A stretch of DNA of 60,761 nt, the filler included, from Sphacelaria rigidula (taxonomy: Eukaryota): assembly GCA_964200075.2 (NCBI GenBank). It is 8 parts of 8 records of this genome, joined end to end, with 100 filler letters (N's around TTAATTAATTAA, not from the genome) between each part and the next. Parts side by side here need not be neighbours in the genome. Positions count along the whole stretch, not along the records: positions 1 to 7,509 come from CAXNAA020014583.1; positions 7,610 to 15,117 come from CAXNAA020014584.1; 6 more parts are not named here. One strand, 5' to 3'. The position numbers and the translations under genes were made by a program. The stretch's first letter is position 1, and every line of letters starts with the position of its first letter. The notes under the pieces are model-generated. The model was not told the origin of the DNA, ran no database searches, and saw only the letters and a program-made list of their open reading frames with translations. Below, piece after piece: positions 1 to 12,000 of this stretch.

Positions 1-759
1 AGCAAATAAAGTAGAGGAAGTATAAGGAGCGTGTGGTCTGCTATTGCGCTCGCCTAGCATATCATCATACGAATAATGGGTAAATATCATTTCCCGAGCA
101 CCGGTGCCGTAGCTCAATCGCTCTCGCGCCGTCTCTTGTGTGTTATGGTCACACAGTACTGAACTGTGTGTTCTTGGGTTCCGCCTCTTAAATTCCTTCC
201 TCTCTATTTTCTCTCCTTGTATTTTCATTTAATTTATTTGTTTGTTATTTTGCCGGTGAAATTATAAACAATCCACCGATTTTTCGAATGGCGCTTCACC
301 CATGATGACCGCGATCATCATCAGCCGCCCTTGACCATCGAGAGTAGCTCACGTGTTGAATCGGCATCGATTTCACTTGAAAAGAGTATGCATGATCCGG
401 GCTGGCTACCCTCGCAGTCCAAGGGCTAGTTGTGCGGCTTTTCGACGGGCAGCTCACTCATCATCCATGCCGATTACTTTTCTATTACACGTGTCCAAGA
501 GTAGTCATACGGAGAAACCAAGACGTGGCAAGAGGATGCACTCAAGGAACCGTTTAAGGCCCCCGCCTGATTGGTGGTCGATTCGCCCCTTTCGAAGAGT
601 ATTCAGGTAGGTGGTGAATCGCTGACTATCAAGTGCCGAGAGAACAATCTCCCGGGAGATATACGTCTATATTTTTTCCAGGGAGCAGCAGGCATGTACG
701 TCGTCGCCCATGTGAAGATAACGATCTGTGCTGCCATCAAGCAATGCTACGGTAGGGGT

Positions 760-1090
760 TGTTACGATTCGGTGAAAAAAAGAGGGTGATGGGGGAGCGT
801 CCAATCCCCAAGTTGACTGCTAGGGACCCCAGTGCACAGTAAACACACTCTGGAAATGAGTGGGGGAGACGAGTAACTCCGAATGGATACGTGTGGCAGC
901 ATTAGACCGATACCGTGAGCGCGAACAGTTGAACACCGCTGGCAAGGGGAGTCGCCCTCCTCGGAGTGAAAGTGACGGGGATCGAACCCCCACGACTAAC
1001 TTTTGTGACGATTGATAGGCAAACGATCAGACTACCGTACAGTCAGCGCTGACTGTACGGTAGTCTAATCGGTTGCTATAAATCGTCGCA
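760..1090. mobile_element. Solo-LTR-like insertion (331 bp) inside MITE A
   Basis: Starts TGTTACGATT and ends AATCGTCGCA (TG...CA with a short terminal inverted repeat). Flanked by GGGT on both sides (756-759, 1091-1094). Removing it restores the MITE sequence GGTAGGGGTGCACTTT seen in the 34 kb copy. Confidence 0.7.
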
Positions 1091-1226
1091 GGGTGCACTT
1101 TTTGCGCGAAATCTTGTCTGGTTCAGGAGCTCCTGAAGATTTTGGATGCACAAGAACATAGGTCCGGGCATTCCCGTTCGCACAGTCATTCGGGATATCC
1201 ATAGCACATTTGAATAGTAATCCTGG

Positions 1227-1229
<3 letters not shown>

Positions 1230-1298
<69 letters not shown>

Positions 1299-1491
1299 GT
1301 CGTCACATCTATTCTGGGCGCCGGTCTACACCTTTCGGTGTATGTGGGCGCACCACAGCCGGGGTCACACTGGAGGAAAGCCAACACAGGAGCTTTTTCT
1401 TTTGTGTTTTTAATGTCGCACCTTCCTTCTGCGGTGCTTGCCTTTATTACTTATCGTGAGAGGGGCGCAGAAGTCCCTTTGCCTCGTCGAG
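1230..1491 (-). mobile_element. 5'-truncated non-LTR retroelement (LINE/SINE) 3' end with (CA)n tail
   Basis: (TG)34 at 1229-1296 is followed by a conserved segment also present at 16318-16462 (+) and 52997-53085 (-). Flanked by a GGCAT duplication (1225-1229, 1492-1496). Confidence 0.7.
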
Positions 1492-2844
1492 GGCATACTC
1501 TCCCTTATTCCATAAGTTTTGTCTCGTATGAGATAAAAGGCTCCTGACAATATTTGTGTACCCCTCCCGTAGCATCACTTATTATCATGTACACGAGTAT
1601 GGATGGTATTATGCTGAAGAAGATGTGCACCGTGTATTATGTATATATGGAGTGTGTCTATAGGAGAACAGGAGTGTGCCTCGCATCACACCAATTTCAC
1701 ATGCACACAAAAGTTCGACTTGACGGTCGATCAGGGAAAGAGACTCCTGAACCCCTCTAAAAACACTCACAAAATAAACCCGGCAAGCCCTGTGTGTGTA
1801 TAGGAGAAAGGAAGCAGCAGTGCACATTACACACGCGTACGAGCGTCCACATCTTTATCCGCGACGGATGAAGACAAAGGAGACGAAGTTGTAGGTACTC
1901 ACAGACAGATCCAGTAAGGGGTTGGATCCTGGAAATGATCTAAAATATGACGGTTTCATATGTGTTGCGTTGCGGCGATCGGCTGTTGGTGAGACGTTTC
2001 AAAGTAGAAAACGCCTCCTTGTCCGCACACGGGGGTCGTGCTGTCAATCATAGGCAACCTTGACCACAACACAAACCAACACACAATACATCGAAGCCCA
2101 GGGCAGAGTTGAAGGAACACAGCGAATTCACAACAGCAGAAGATTTCGAGGCGCTGGGGCCACGTGTAGAAACAGGTTGCCTACTTAGTCGCCGGCTGGC
2201 GCATGCAATAAGGTGGGAGAGGGTTTGGCGAGTGTTTCCTTGACAGCCGCGAGTTTGAACAATGGACGGCGACCACACACGTTCATCGCATTGCAGTAGC
2301 GCATGCTTTTAGAGAGCAACAACATGTTGTTGGACCAAGCAGTGCCCCCAGAGTCGGCTCTCGTGTTTCTGTACTCCACAAAGACGGACATGCGGACAAG
2401 GCTCATGATTGTAAACACGCAGCGCACTGTGTTTGGTGGTTATTCATCATCACGGGGCGCCCGCCAGAAAGTCGATGGGCGGTTGTCTTGTTGGCTGTCC
2501 ATGTAATATATTTGCTACAGTAGAGACGACGTGATTCCGACGAGTAGATTGAGTGCACCACTCGAGGGTTTATTCCACCTCGTTTTACCAACCTATCACA
2601 TCGCGCGATTATAAGCGACGAAGAGGGGATTATAATCTAGGCGTGTAAGCACATGTTGCTTGCTGGCCAACGAGCACACCATCGTTTGCGGCCATAAGTA
2701 TGTTGGATCTGTGTGGGCCTGCGGTCTCAATACGGAACAGAAAAACAGCGCAACAAAACACATTCTACATTACAGACAGTATAGAAGTTTGGAGATGTAG
2801 TGGGGGATATTTTTGTAACGTTCTCCGTCGTTGGCAACTGCCAG

Positions 2845-4110
2845 TAGTATATTTATCACGTGCCACCGCTCATCCCAGTCAATGTTTGATCCCCAGGTGT
2901 GGGGATCGGGAGGTGCTAGACATCCGCTCCACATTATTCCGAACCAAAGTTCTCCCTGCGATCGATCTTGAAAGACTTGGGGGCTGGCCGGTCCTCAGGA
3001 GTCCTGCGACTACCCAGCCCCCGGCTCTGACCCCTGGATATTCTCAATCGGAGCTATCCCGATCGTTCTCGGGATCAAATGTGAACAATATTTTGTTCAT
3101 TTTTTTACCTTTCTTTTCATTGCACTAGTAGAAGAGCTGGACTCTGTGTTTTTGGTACCAGTGAAGGTCGATAACACCCCCTGCTGTTTGGTTGATTGAT
3201 TGATTGATTAATTGATTGTTGCACTTCAACTGATCCCCCAGGAATTCAAACGAGGTTCTTACTCCGTATCACTCCGACAACACCAACTCGAAGATTGCGT
3301 CCTGAGCACTATCTGCTTCGCTTCCCAATATTTATCGAGTCTAGGCCTTTCGAGTGCGAAGAATACTGTACGAGACTTTCAGAAAAATACCCAACCACTA
3401 AAATTTCCCAGCCGAGATTTGTACAGCAAAGGGGGGGTGTACCAATCCCACTCTCTCTTGTGAATAATTTTACAGGCCACTGCTTTTTGTTTCTACGCAC
3501 TGTGTACTCATTGCGCTAGAGCCGAAAAGAACTGTGTTTTGGACCAAAAACGGTCAGTAACACCCCTGTCAATTTCATAGTTGGGTATTTTTCTGAATTC
3601 TATCGAGTATCATTCTTCGTTCGCACCCACCAGTCGTAGCACCGATAGATATCGGGAAAATAAGGAGGTGGTGCACAGGACGTAATCCTCAAATTGGCGC
3701 TGTCGGGCTGATGCGGTGCAAGAATCTCGTATATCAGGGGATGTTATCGACCATCACTGGTCCAAAAAACAATACAGTATCTCGACTCTTTTGTAGCGCG
3801 CAATGGATGAGTAGAAGGTAGAAATTAAAACATCGAAGTTTACATTTGGTCACGAGAACGATCGGGATAGCTTCACTCGAGTGAAAATATCTGAGGGCAG
3901 AACCTGGGGCTGGGTAGTCGTAGGACCCCTCAAGGCCGGTCAGCCCGTAAGTAGGTAAGTATTGAGTGAAGAGATCATTTATTTCTCTTTTGAAACGTGG
4001 AACGGATGCCTAGTATCCCCCGATCCCCGAAAATTGCGATCAAATGTTCACTGTGGGATGTGGGATGGGCGATGGCACGCGACAAAACCATTAGTAGCAC
4101 TGTACAGTAT
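2845..4110. repeat. Diverged long foldback (inverted repeat, arms roughly 550 bp)
   Basis: Reverse-complement matches by eye: 2860-2935 with 4000-4080, 2980-3085 with 3842-3946, 3147-3183 with 3735-3771, 3375-3407 with 3571-3600. Confidence 0.75.
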
Positions 4111-5000
4111 CCCAAATACTCCGACCATTGACTTTGCGGGAAAAGTACCGCCTATGTGTGTCTCACACTATTCACGGATGACTGCTGTGTCAGACATTTT
4201 TTTTTCGCCAAGGCGGGGCTTTCTCTGCAGTTAGCCACCACTGTAGGACACCTTCCTCACTAGAGTAGAGGACCAAAGATATTTCTTGCATGTTTGGATC
4301 TACTGTACACACAAGAAGCGTGCGCTGAACTCCCTGTGTCCAAAATACTTTGACCGCGGGTCTGACTAAGTGTATATATACATATATCGTAAGAAATACA
4401 AGAACATTCGTGAGCCGTATCATAGTACTACTCACGGCGACGCGGCCGCCCCCACCCAGGGTGCCTCCGGAGAACGATTGCCGTGTTTCGTGGGCATGTG
4501 ATCAGATTTGTGTGCTGTGCAACCAGATCTCTGTCTCATGCATAGAGGGAAGCTGGTGAACGTTCAAATGCAAGCTCGCCCGTGAATCATGGATCATAGA
4601 CATCGCCGGCAACCGACCCCTACGGACAACTGACAGACAGTCGGTACAAGACATAGTAGAAAGGATGTAGGCTACGTGGATAGGCCACGGCGCGGTGGTG
4701 GCGCGGTGGTGGGCTGTGGGTTTTTGCAAGTACATCAAGATATCTCGAGTGGCGAATCCTGGCTTTCCTCCTCTCCTACAAGTCATCTCGCGACCGCGCT
4801 GCTGGTGGCTGGCTACTGCAGCTAGAGCCGTTTGGCATGCAGTAAGTGTGTGTGTCGAGCTTCTCTTGACACGGACGGAGATGGGGAAATCAATGGCGTT
4901 TTGCGGGAATTTCGTATAGTAGTCAGCAGCAGAAGTTTTTAGAATTCATAGTTGTTGTAGTTCTCGAGTTTTTCTCGAGTGTTATTTTTGATTACTTCTT

Positions 5001-5480
5001 GAAAGTGCTAGCGTCGGTAGATTCAGGGGAAAGCGTAGGCCGCGCTCAAACTGCAGAGCCCAATTGGTTTTTTGGGGGCGATATGGAGTAGATACCCCGT
5101 TTATCAGCAGGGTGTTATTGACCGTTTTCGGTCCAATGAAAACAGTTATCCGGCTCTTCCGCAACGAAACGGTAAATATTCAGATAAAGGAATACGTATA
5201 CAAATCTTGACAGTAACGACCGAGATCTTGTTTCCCTCCTATACTTCACAGACCTCAGTCAAGCATTTTCTGCGGATGGCCTCTATTCGGGGGTTTTTCG
5301 CATAAATTTTTCCATGAGCACTCGAAAGTGCTAGCGTCGAGTTTCGGCAACATAAGCAGACCGTGCTCAAATCACAATGCCCCAGTTGGTGTTATTGGGG
5401 CGATACGGAGTAAAGACCCTGTTCATCAGGAGGGTGTTATTGCCCGTGAATGGTCCAAGACACATAGTTTTCCGGCTGTA
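5001..5480. repeat. Direct duplication of a roughly 160-bp module
   Basis: GAAAGTGCTAGCGTCG...GGGTGTTATTG..CCGT..GGTCCAA...CAGTT.TCCGGCT occurs at 5001-5160 and 5324-5480. The module is related to the arm sequence of the 2845-4110 foldback. Confidence 0.7.
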
Positions 5481-7403
5481 GCGCAGTGACTAGGTGAAAT
5501 TTCAAAATAATACTCCTCTGTTCCGGAATATGAGTCCGATTTGGATTTTCCCCAAACAAGTCCGGTTTCGCACTTGGGGGCGTTAGACCAACTTGTATTG
5601 AAGGCAATCCCGAATCTGGCGGGACCCGAATCTGTGCCAAATCGGGGGGACCCATATTCATGAAACTCAGATTCGTCTGTACCCCTGTATAGCTTCACAG
5701 ATTTGTTGAAATTGTTCTCTTCACGATATTAAAAAAGGTATTTATGCGCCATTTTTTTTTCATCGTGCTTGGACAGGTGGTGAGAAGTGGCCAAAAACAG
5801 GGGACGATCAATTTTCATCCCCTTCCATATATTTTTTTTCCCCGAGACGGATCTTCCAAATATCTGGTGAGTAAAAAAAAACAGCGTGTCTTTTTTTCTC
5901 CCGCGCGGAGCGAGGAAAAGTTTTTTTCCCTACCTTTGTTTTTTGTGTGGAACGTGGCCGTATGTGGCTACCTGTAGACGGATACTTTGAGGGGGGAAAA
6001 ACATATTCTTTTTTGATCGGAGGAAAAACTACAGGGTCCCAAAAATTGGGACCTTTCAAGCGGAAGAACAACGTGAAGGAAAAAAAATGAAGAAAAAAAA
6101 AGTGTTTTTTTCAAAATAAACCATGTGTTCGAGGTGGGAGTCGAACTCGCGACTTCAAAGAAAAATCGCCATGTTAATTTTTTTTGCGTTTTGTCCAAAT
6201 TGGACTTATATTCCGGAATAGAGGGAGTAATCCTTTTTGAGTCTTCACTTATATAATCGGGATCGAGTCGATCCACCGAAAATACCGAAAAGCTAGAACC
6301 ACGGGTTGCACTTTGGTAGGACCCCCGAAGATCGGTCAAGCCCGTAAGTCACTCAATATTGATCGCCGACATTTTTTCTTTCAATATTTGTGAAAAGGAT
6401 GAAAATATCTTCAGACGCCCATTTTTTGGCATCCAACAATCACTGTGATGAGCGGTGGCAAGCGAAACAAATTCGGAAAATCTTTGAGAAACCAAGAGAT
6501 TACGAATTCTGCATACTTCTGACGCTGACTTCTGTACCACTCTCAGTGATGTATTACACTTTTGTCTGGTTTGCACAGTCAGTACAGGACACTATTGCAG
6601 AAGTGGCGCCGTAGCATGTGCTGGATTTGAAGAGAGCAAAGTGCATTACGTTCACCATAAGGGACAAAAGCGAGTAGACGAGCGCAGGCAGTTATTGTAG
6701 CGTTCGCGCGGGATGAGCCCGTGTCTTTTCGTTATATTTCGCGTGACGATGTTCTTTTGCTTCTTCTCTTTCCCAGCCCTGGCCATGTCTCCACCGACAA
6801 GTTCTAGTGAGCCCGAACAAGAGCACATGTGAATTGTACACGCGCATCCTGGCAAGTGCATGTTGTGATCTTGTTGTCATTCCTGCGCGATTCCCGTATG
6901 TACGTATATCCACACAAGACACACAGAACAACACAGCTGAGTGACTTCTACACGGGCATCACTTTCCGCCACTTTCTGTATCATGTGATGCCCTCGGCGC
7001 AGGAGCACGGCTCACATAGCACTCGTTGAGCTTACCCCTAGCCTATCCCGTACTACCCACAACCCGAATCGTGGGGTAAAGAAAAATGCAAGTTCGTGTT
7101 TATGCTGGAAGTGGTGAGAGATTTTTGATTGAAATACTGAACCATGCCATGTGCATGATACGAAATTATTTGCTGTGCTACCACCAGAGCTCCCCCAGTG
7201 CCTGCGAGCACCTCCGGAAAGTAGCCAGTAGCCCATCGGGTGGTACACTCGCCAGTGTACCTACCCTCTTTCCGATCAGCTGTGGTGGTTGTCCATGAGG
7301 ATGCTTGGGGTTGTTGTGTTGACCCTCGTTTGGTGGCCGTGGTAATCCCCTTTTTTCTTTTCTTGTCCGAGGGTCTGTCGAGAGAAGAATTTCGGACGCG
7401 GAG

Positions 7404-7435
<32 letters not shown>

Positions 7436-7509
7436 CGGCCCGAGGCGGCGGGGCGGGGGGGCAAAACGAACGAAGGACAGAACCCCCAGCCACCCCGCCC
7501 CGCACCCCC

Positions 7510-7609
7510 NNNNNNNNNNNNNNNNNNNNNNNNNNNNNNNNNNNNNNNNNNNNTTAATTAATTAANNNNNNNNNNNNNNNNNNNNNNNNNNNNNNNNNNN
7601 NNNNNNNNN
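7510..7609. other. Artificial contig linker (N44-TTAATTAATTAA-N44). Identical linkers at 15118-15217, 22726-22825, 30334-30433, 37941-38040, 45548-45647 and 53155-53254
   Basis: Identical 100-bp spacers with stops in all six frames. Intervening segments are 7509, 7508, 7508, 7508, 7507, 7507, 7507 and 7507 bp, as expected for length-sorted concatenated contigs. Confidence 0.98.
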
Positions 7610-7939
7610 CACAAGTGTGTTCATACTTCACCTGTAGGAGCTGGATCGCATAGAAACTGATCTGTCCGACGTGTGAAAAGGTTCCTTCCTGTCCTCTGGT
7701 GACAAATATATATATATATATATATACATGAAGGTCATGTGTCATTCTTCGGGTCAGGAAAAGCTCTGTTTTGAAGTTGAACTCCATTTTCATGTTTAAC
7801 CCCTCATTTCTCAGGATCCTCTGTCAACAGTGGTCTATGGTCGATGAGATGTCATCGAACATCCCGGACACTCTTCGGGGGCTAACCACCCCTCCCCGTT
7901 AAGCATTCCGAACGGTCACGCTTACTTTCTTCTTTCGTA

Positions 7940-9051
7940 CAAGCTGGTTCAGATTGAATACCCAAATTTTTTTCCCCGGCTAACAACGAACGTAATACCC
8001 AGCCAATATGCACAAATGTGGTATCATACTGACCGCAATGAACAGACGAAAAGGGTGACATAGCCGGATTTTTGTTCAAGGCTATAGGGGTGGCGCTATG
8101 GACAAAAATATGTCTCGACCAATCAGCGCCTTTCGAATTGTTCCGAAATTGAAAACACGAATTCCAAGCCCAATTTCTACCGAATCTCGACATGGTTCAA
8201 ATCGCAGTAACCGTCATCAGCTTGGGAATCTAACGGGAGAAACAAAGTTTAAAATGATTCCAACGGGGTTGAATTTTGCCCCAAACCGTAATGTTTCGGT
8301 GACGTGGAGCTCTGGCGCCGTCTGATTTCCACTCATGATACGTACGAAAGACCCACGGAGCCTCGAGACGATTTCCTTTTCATCTGTTGGAGAAAAGCTC
8401 AGATCATCCTCAAACTTGGCAGTTCTGTAGGTATTGATGCTCCAAATGGAAAAATTATATTCTTGGGCAAGATTTCAAAGTTCCTCCGTTCTCTACCGGC
8501 TTTCGGGGGTCCCAGCATGAAGACCCCCAGGAAACCGGTACAGAATGCCCCAACACCAAAATTTAGACATCTTAGGTTAGGTGGTATCCCAAAAAACATG
8601 TGTACCAGTTTTCGTTGCTCAACTCGAAAAACTGAATCGGCTGGGTCTTTTACCGTGAAAAGAACCCCCAAAAGGGCGATTCTGTACTTCAATCAAGTAC
8701 GTACGGAGTTTTTTATACTTCAGTGCACGTTTTGGCATTTCCTCACGCTGTTTTTTCGAGGTAGACCACGAAAATTTGCACACATGTCCTGGAGGGCACC
8801 ATCTGAAACTCGAAGACCGTTTTTTTTTTGGTGGCTTTTCATCCGAGGTCGCGGTTGACCTACTTGACCGGGGGAGGGGTCAGATCCCGACCATCTCGAC
8901 ACCAACAACCAAAAAAAATTAAAACCCCGGTCTCCGAGTTTTAGATAGTGTCCTCAAGAACAAGTGTGCAAATTTTCGTGGTCTAACTCGAAAAAACGGC
9001 GTGAGGAAATCCCGGGGAATGAATTTTGGGCGTTCAATCTGAACCAGCTCG
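7940..9051. mobile_element. Non-autonomous Tc1/mariner-type DNA transposon (family B, 1112 bp)
   Basis: Roughly 40-bp TIRs (CAAGCTGGTTCAGATTGAATACCCAAA / TTTTGGGCGTTCAATCTGAACCAGCTCG) with TA on both sides. Full-length reverse-complement paralog at 27061-28177. No recognisable transposase ORF. Confidence 0.88.
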
Positions 9052-12000
9052 TAGTGGTTACGTAAGTAGTCATGTGCTTGGATCTCCCCTCCAATGTTTT
9101 CTCCCCAGTTCCCTCCGTCGATGCTTCTTCATTCGCTTCAATTGAGGGCGGCGCGAGAAACATGATCGATGGCCGATAACATGTCGTCGAACAGCCCGGA
9201 CACTTGTTGGAGTTTAGCACCCCTCCGACTAGCACCTCACCTCGGGATTGAAAGTCCTCATCTCTTTGTACTAATAAATTATGGTTTACGCCAGGGTTAC
9301 TCTTTGCTCTCCGCCGTTTTTGTTAAAAACCTCCCCGCGTGCGAGACCTGTGGTGTTGATACCTGCGTTACTTACTGCACACAATCGACTGTAAGGTCAG
9401 AACCGGCCAGGGGTTCTCCGGGACTATTTTCCGTATAGATGTAGCCTGAAACCAAGTGTGTCCAAGGAAACGAACAAGAGATAGATGAACCTGAGAAATG
9501 GGTTCAACATCAAAATGGGGTTCAACTCCAAAACGGTGATTCTTCTGACCTGGAGTGATGACAAATGACTTTCATATGAACGACCTCATCCTCGCCGATT
9601 TCCCTGAAACTATTTTGAGAGGTTTCCAGGCTCCCGTTCCCCCAGAGGATATGTGCGAAAACACATTTTTGCTTCGATTTCGGGGTGAAAAAGGGGACGC
9701 TTTTTAGCCCGAAAATGATGTTTTCGCACATACTCTGTGGGGGAATGCAAAACGGAAGGGAAACCCTTCGAAATAGAGTCAGGGTTAGAATTTATCCCCC
9801 CCCCCCCCCCCCCCTTCGAACGACAAAGGCAAGCAACAAATGAGTACGCCCCCCGTTTAGCACTCTCAATGACCAGGCTTACTTTACTCTTTCGTAGGGG
9901 TTACACAAGTACTTACCTGCTTAGAGTTCCCCTCCGACGTTTTCTCCCCAGTTCCCTCCGTCTGTGCTTATTCTGCATTTGCCTAGTTGAGGGCGGCAGG
10001 TTGCAACCCTTTTCAGGGCACGTCCCACGCTCAGCCCAAAAAATCGGTAAATGACTTATTTTTGCGGGGTTTTGAGGGAGAGCGTCACCTTAAGGCACGG
10101 TTTCTCAATGTCAATGATGAAGTCTAAATCAAGCGTATTCAGAGAAAGGAAGAAAAATGGTTTAAAGTCGATAAAATTTCGTCGAACAGCACGGACACTT
10201 TTCGGAGTTCCCCCGATTATAACCTAATCTTGGGGTTAAAAGTTCTCATCTGCTCATACAAATTAATCATGGTAATGTCAGGGTCGTTTTTTGCTCTTTG
10301 CCATTTTGTTCAAAAACCTCACGCGTGCAAGACGCGTGGTGTTGGTACCTGCGGCACTGCTGCCACGCGCGTCAGCCGTGGCTTACCACTAGTTGGGTAT
10401 GATTTGTTTATTTTTTGTTGGCGAAAACTTGATTGCGCATATTTTTTATGGTAGGTGTAGACGACGGAATTGCGTGGTAGGATGGGCGACCGACTTGCGT
10501 ATACGCTCATGGACAGTGCAGGCAGTCCGAAATTGCGCGTTCAAGTTCTTTCCACGTCACATTATCTGCGCAGAGTACACAGTGTCCTGTGCGGTCTGTA
10601 CTGCACGTTGCCCGCTTCTTATCCACATACGACCGTACAGAACACGCACACACACTCAGACGCACTACATGCAAATAGTAACTACAGTACCGCGCTGTCT
10701 GCACCATAGACAAGCGAACGAGTACCGCTTCACGATTTTTTTTTCTCAGTAACTTACACTCGTTACTGAAAATGCAAGTTTGGGCGAAAAATACTGCAGA
10801 CACCGGAAAACGCGAAGACACCCCGGAATGGTCTCATCGAGTAGAGCAAGTCATTCCAACTTGTCAACATCCGTCTAGCCCTCTTTCCAGCCGATAACTA
10901 CGGAGAAGGGCCAAAGAGGCAGTTTTCAAACATTTTTTATTTTTTGACACATGAAAAGTGACCTGAGATCCACTCCAATGGTCGCCGTTTAAGTTTGGTT
11001 TTAGGGAATTTTCAAGTGGTGGCGACGAGAACCACTTTTATGGAACAAAATCGCGACGATTTTGAACAAAAGTGACCCCCGAAATGTCGAACGGGCTCTA
11101 AATTTCGGCCAGGCGGTCAAATCAAGAGACAATTCTGAACGCTTGAGGACCTGTCTAAATTTTGGCACAAGAAGCGAAGATGGGACATGTCATGCTTTAC
11201 CGTACTATAGCACACATGCTCGCTCTTTCATGTGCTGCACCCTTTATTGCACAGTCGTGTATTTAGACGTTGCAAAAACTATCTAGTCCCTGCTGGAATT
11301 ACCTTAGCTGCTGTACTGCTTTCGTGTTTCGACCAACTGCGCTCGGCAGACTGTGCTGTCATGTCGAAGTTGAAAATGCTCTACAGACAGTATGTGTTTG
11401 TTGGAAGTTGTGTCGTTTGCAACGAATAAGGCCCTTGGTGCGCAGACCTTGCAATCCTGTCCTGTAGCTGACACGGCAGTGTTTTCTTTCTCTCGACGGA
11501 GGGAGGAAACCCAACCCAACAGATACCTCGCAAGCGAGTTCGTGTGCCGATTACCCGAAGGCTCGGCTAGACTGCCTTGCGGCAGTCATATGAGGAAGGC
11601 GCCTCGAGTGTTCGCAAAACTTTGCTCAAGGCAGTATGGTGCCCTGCAACGATATTTTGATCTACGTTGAGGATTACCTGAACTGCTGTACTGTTGTTGT
11701 GTTCCAGGCGATAAACAAGTCTAGACACTGCCGAAATCGCCATCATGGTGCGTTGGATGCGTTGTGTCCTTTGTAAAACCAACGTGCCCACTCCCATCAT
11801 TTCTATGCCGTAGTTGTCGTTGTACCGACTATAGTGGGCGTTTAAATCTTACAAACACGGCTTGATCTACGCTGAAGATTGCCTGAGATGCTGTACTGCC
11901 ATTGGCCCGGTTTGTACAGAATTTGGTGAGGACAAAATGCTGTCGACACAAAGTTGGAGAAGTCACGTGGTGGCTGTGCAGCCGTCATGTCGTCTTTGGG

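Larger units (their letters stand above)
741..1578 (+). mobile_element. MITE family A (about 240-bp core), interrupted by two insertions
   Basis: Ends GCAATGCTACGGTAGGGG (741) and CCCCTCCCGTAGCATCAC (1561-1578) are inverted repeats. The body at 1091-1229 plus 1492-1560 matches the uninterrupted copies at 50315-50556 and about 34010-34266. Confidence 0.85.

Noticed and set aside
1076..1547. ORFs with poly-CV or poly-TH tracts
   Set aside because: Translations of the (TG)34 microsatellite and adjacent repeat.
7404..7509. Poly-C / GC-rich stretch giving poly-Pro and poly-Gly ORFs
   Set aside because: Homopolymer at a contig end, likely low-quality sequence.
7554..7565. TTAATTAATTAA recurring every ~7.6 kb as a biological periodic motif
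   Set aside because: It is an artificial six-frame stop linker inside N runs. The contigs are unlinked, so RecN, NEMF, the peptidase and CSE1 do not form a cluster.
8304..8858. 184-aa ORF as the transposase of family B
   Set aside because: No HTH or DDE motifs, and the frame is broken in the paralog at 27061-28177.
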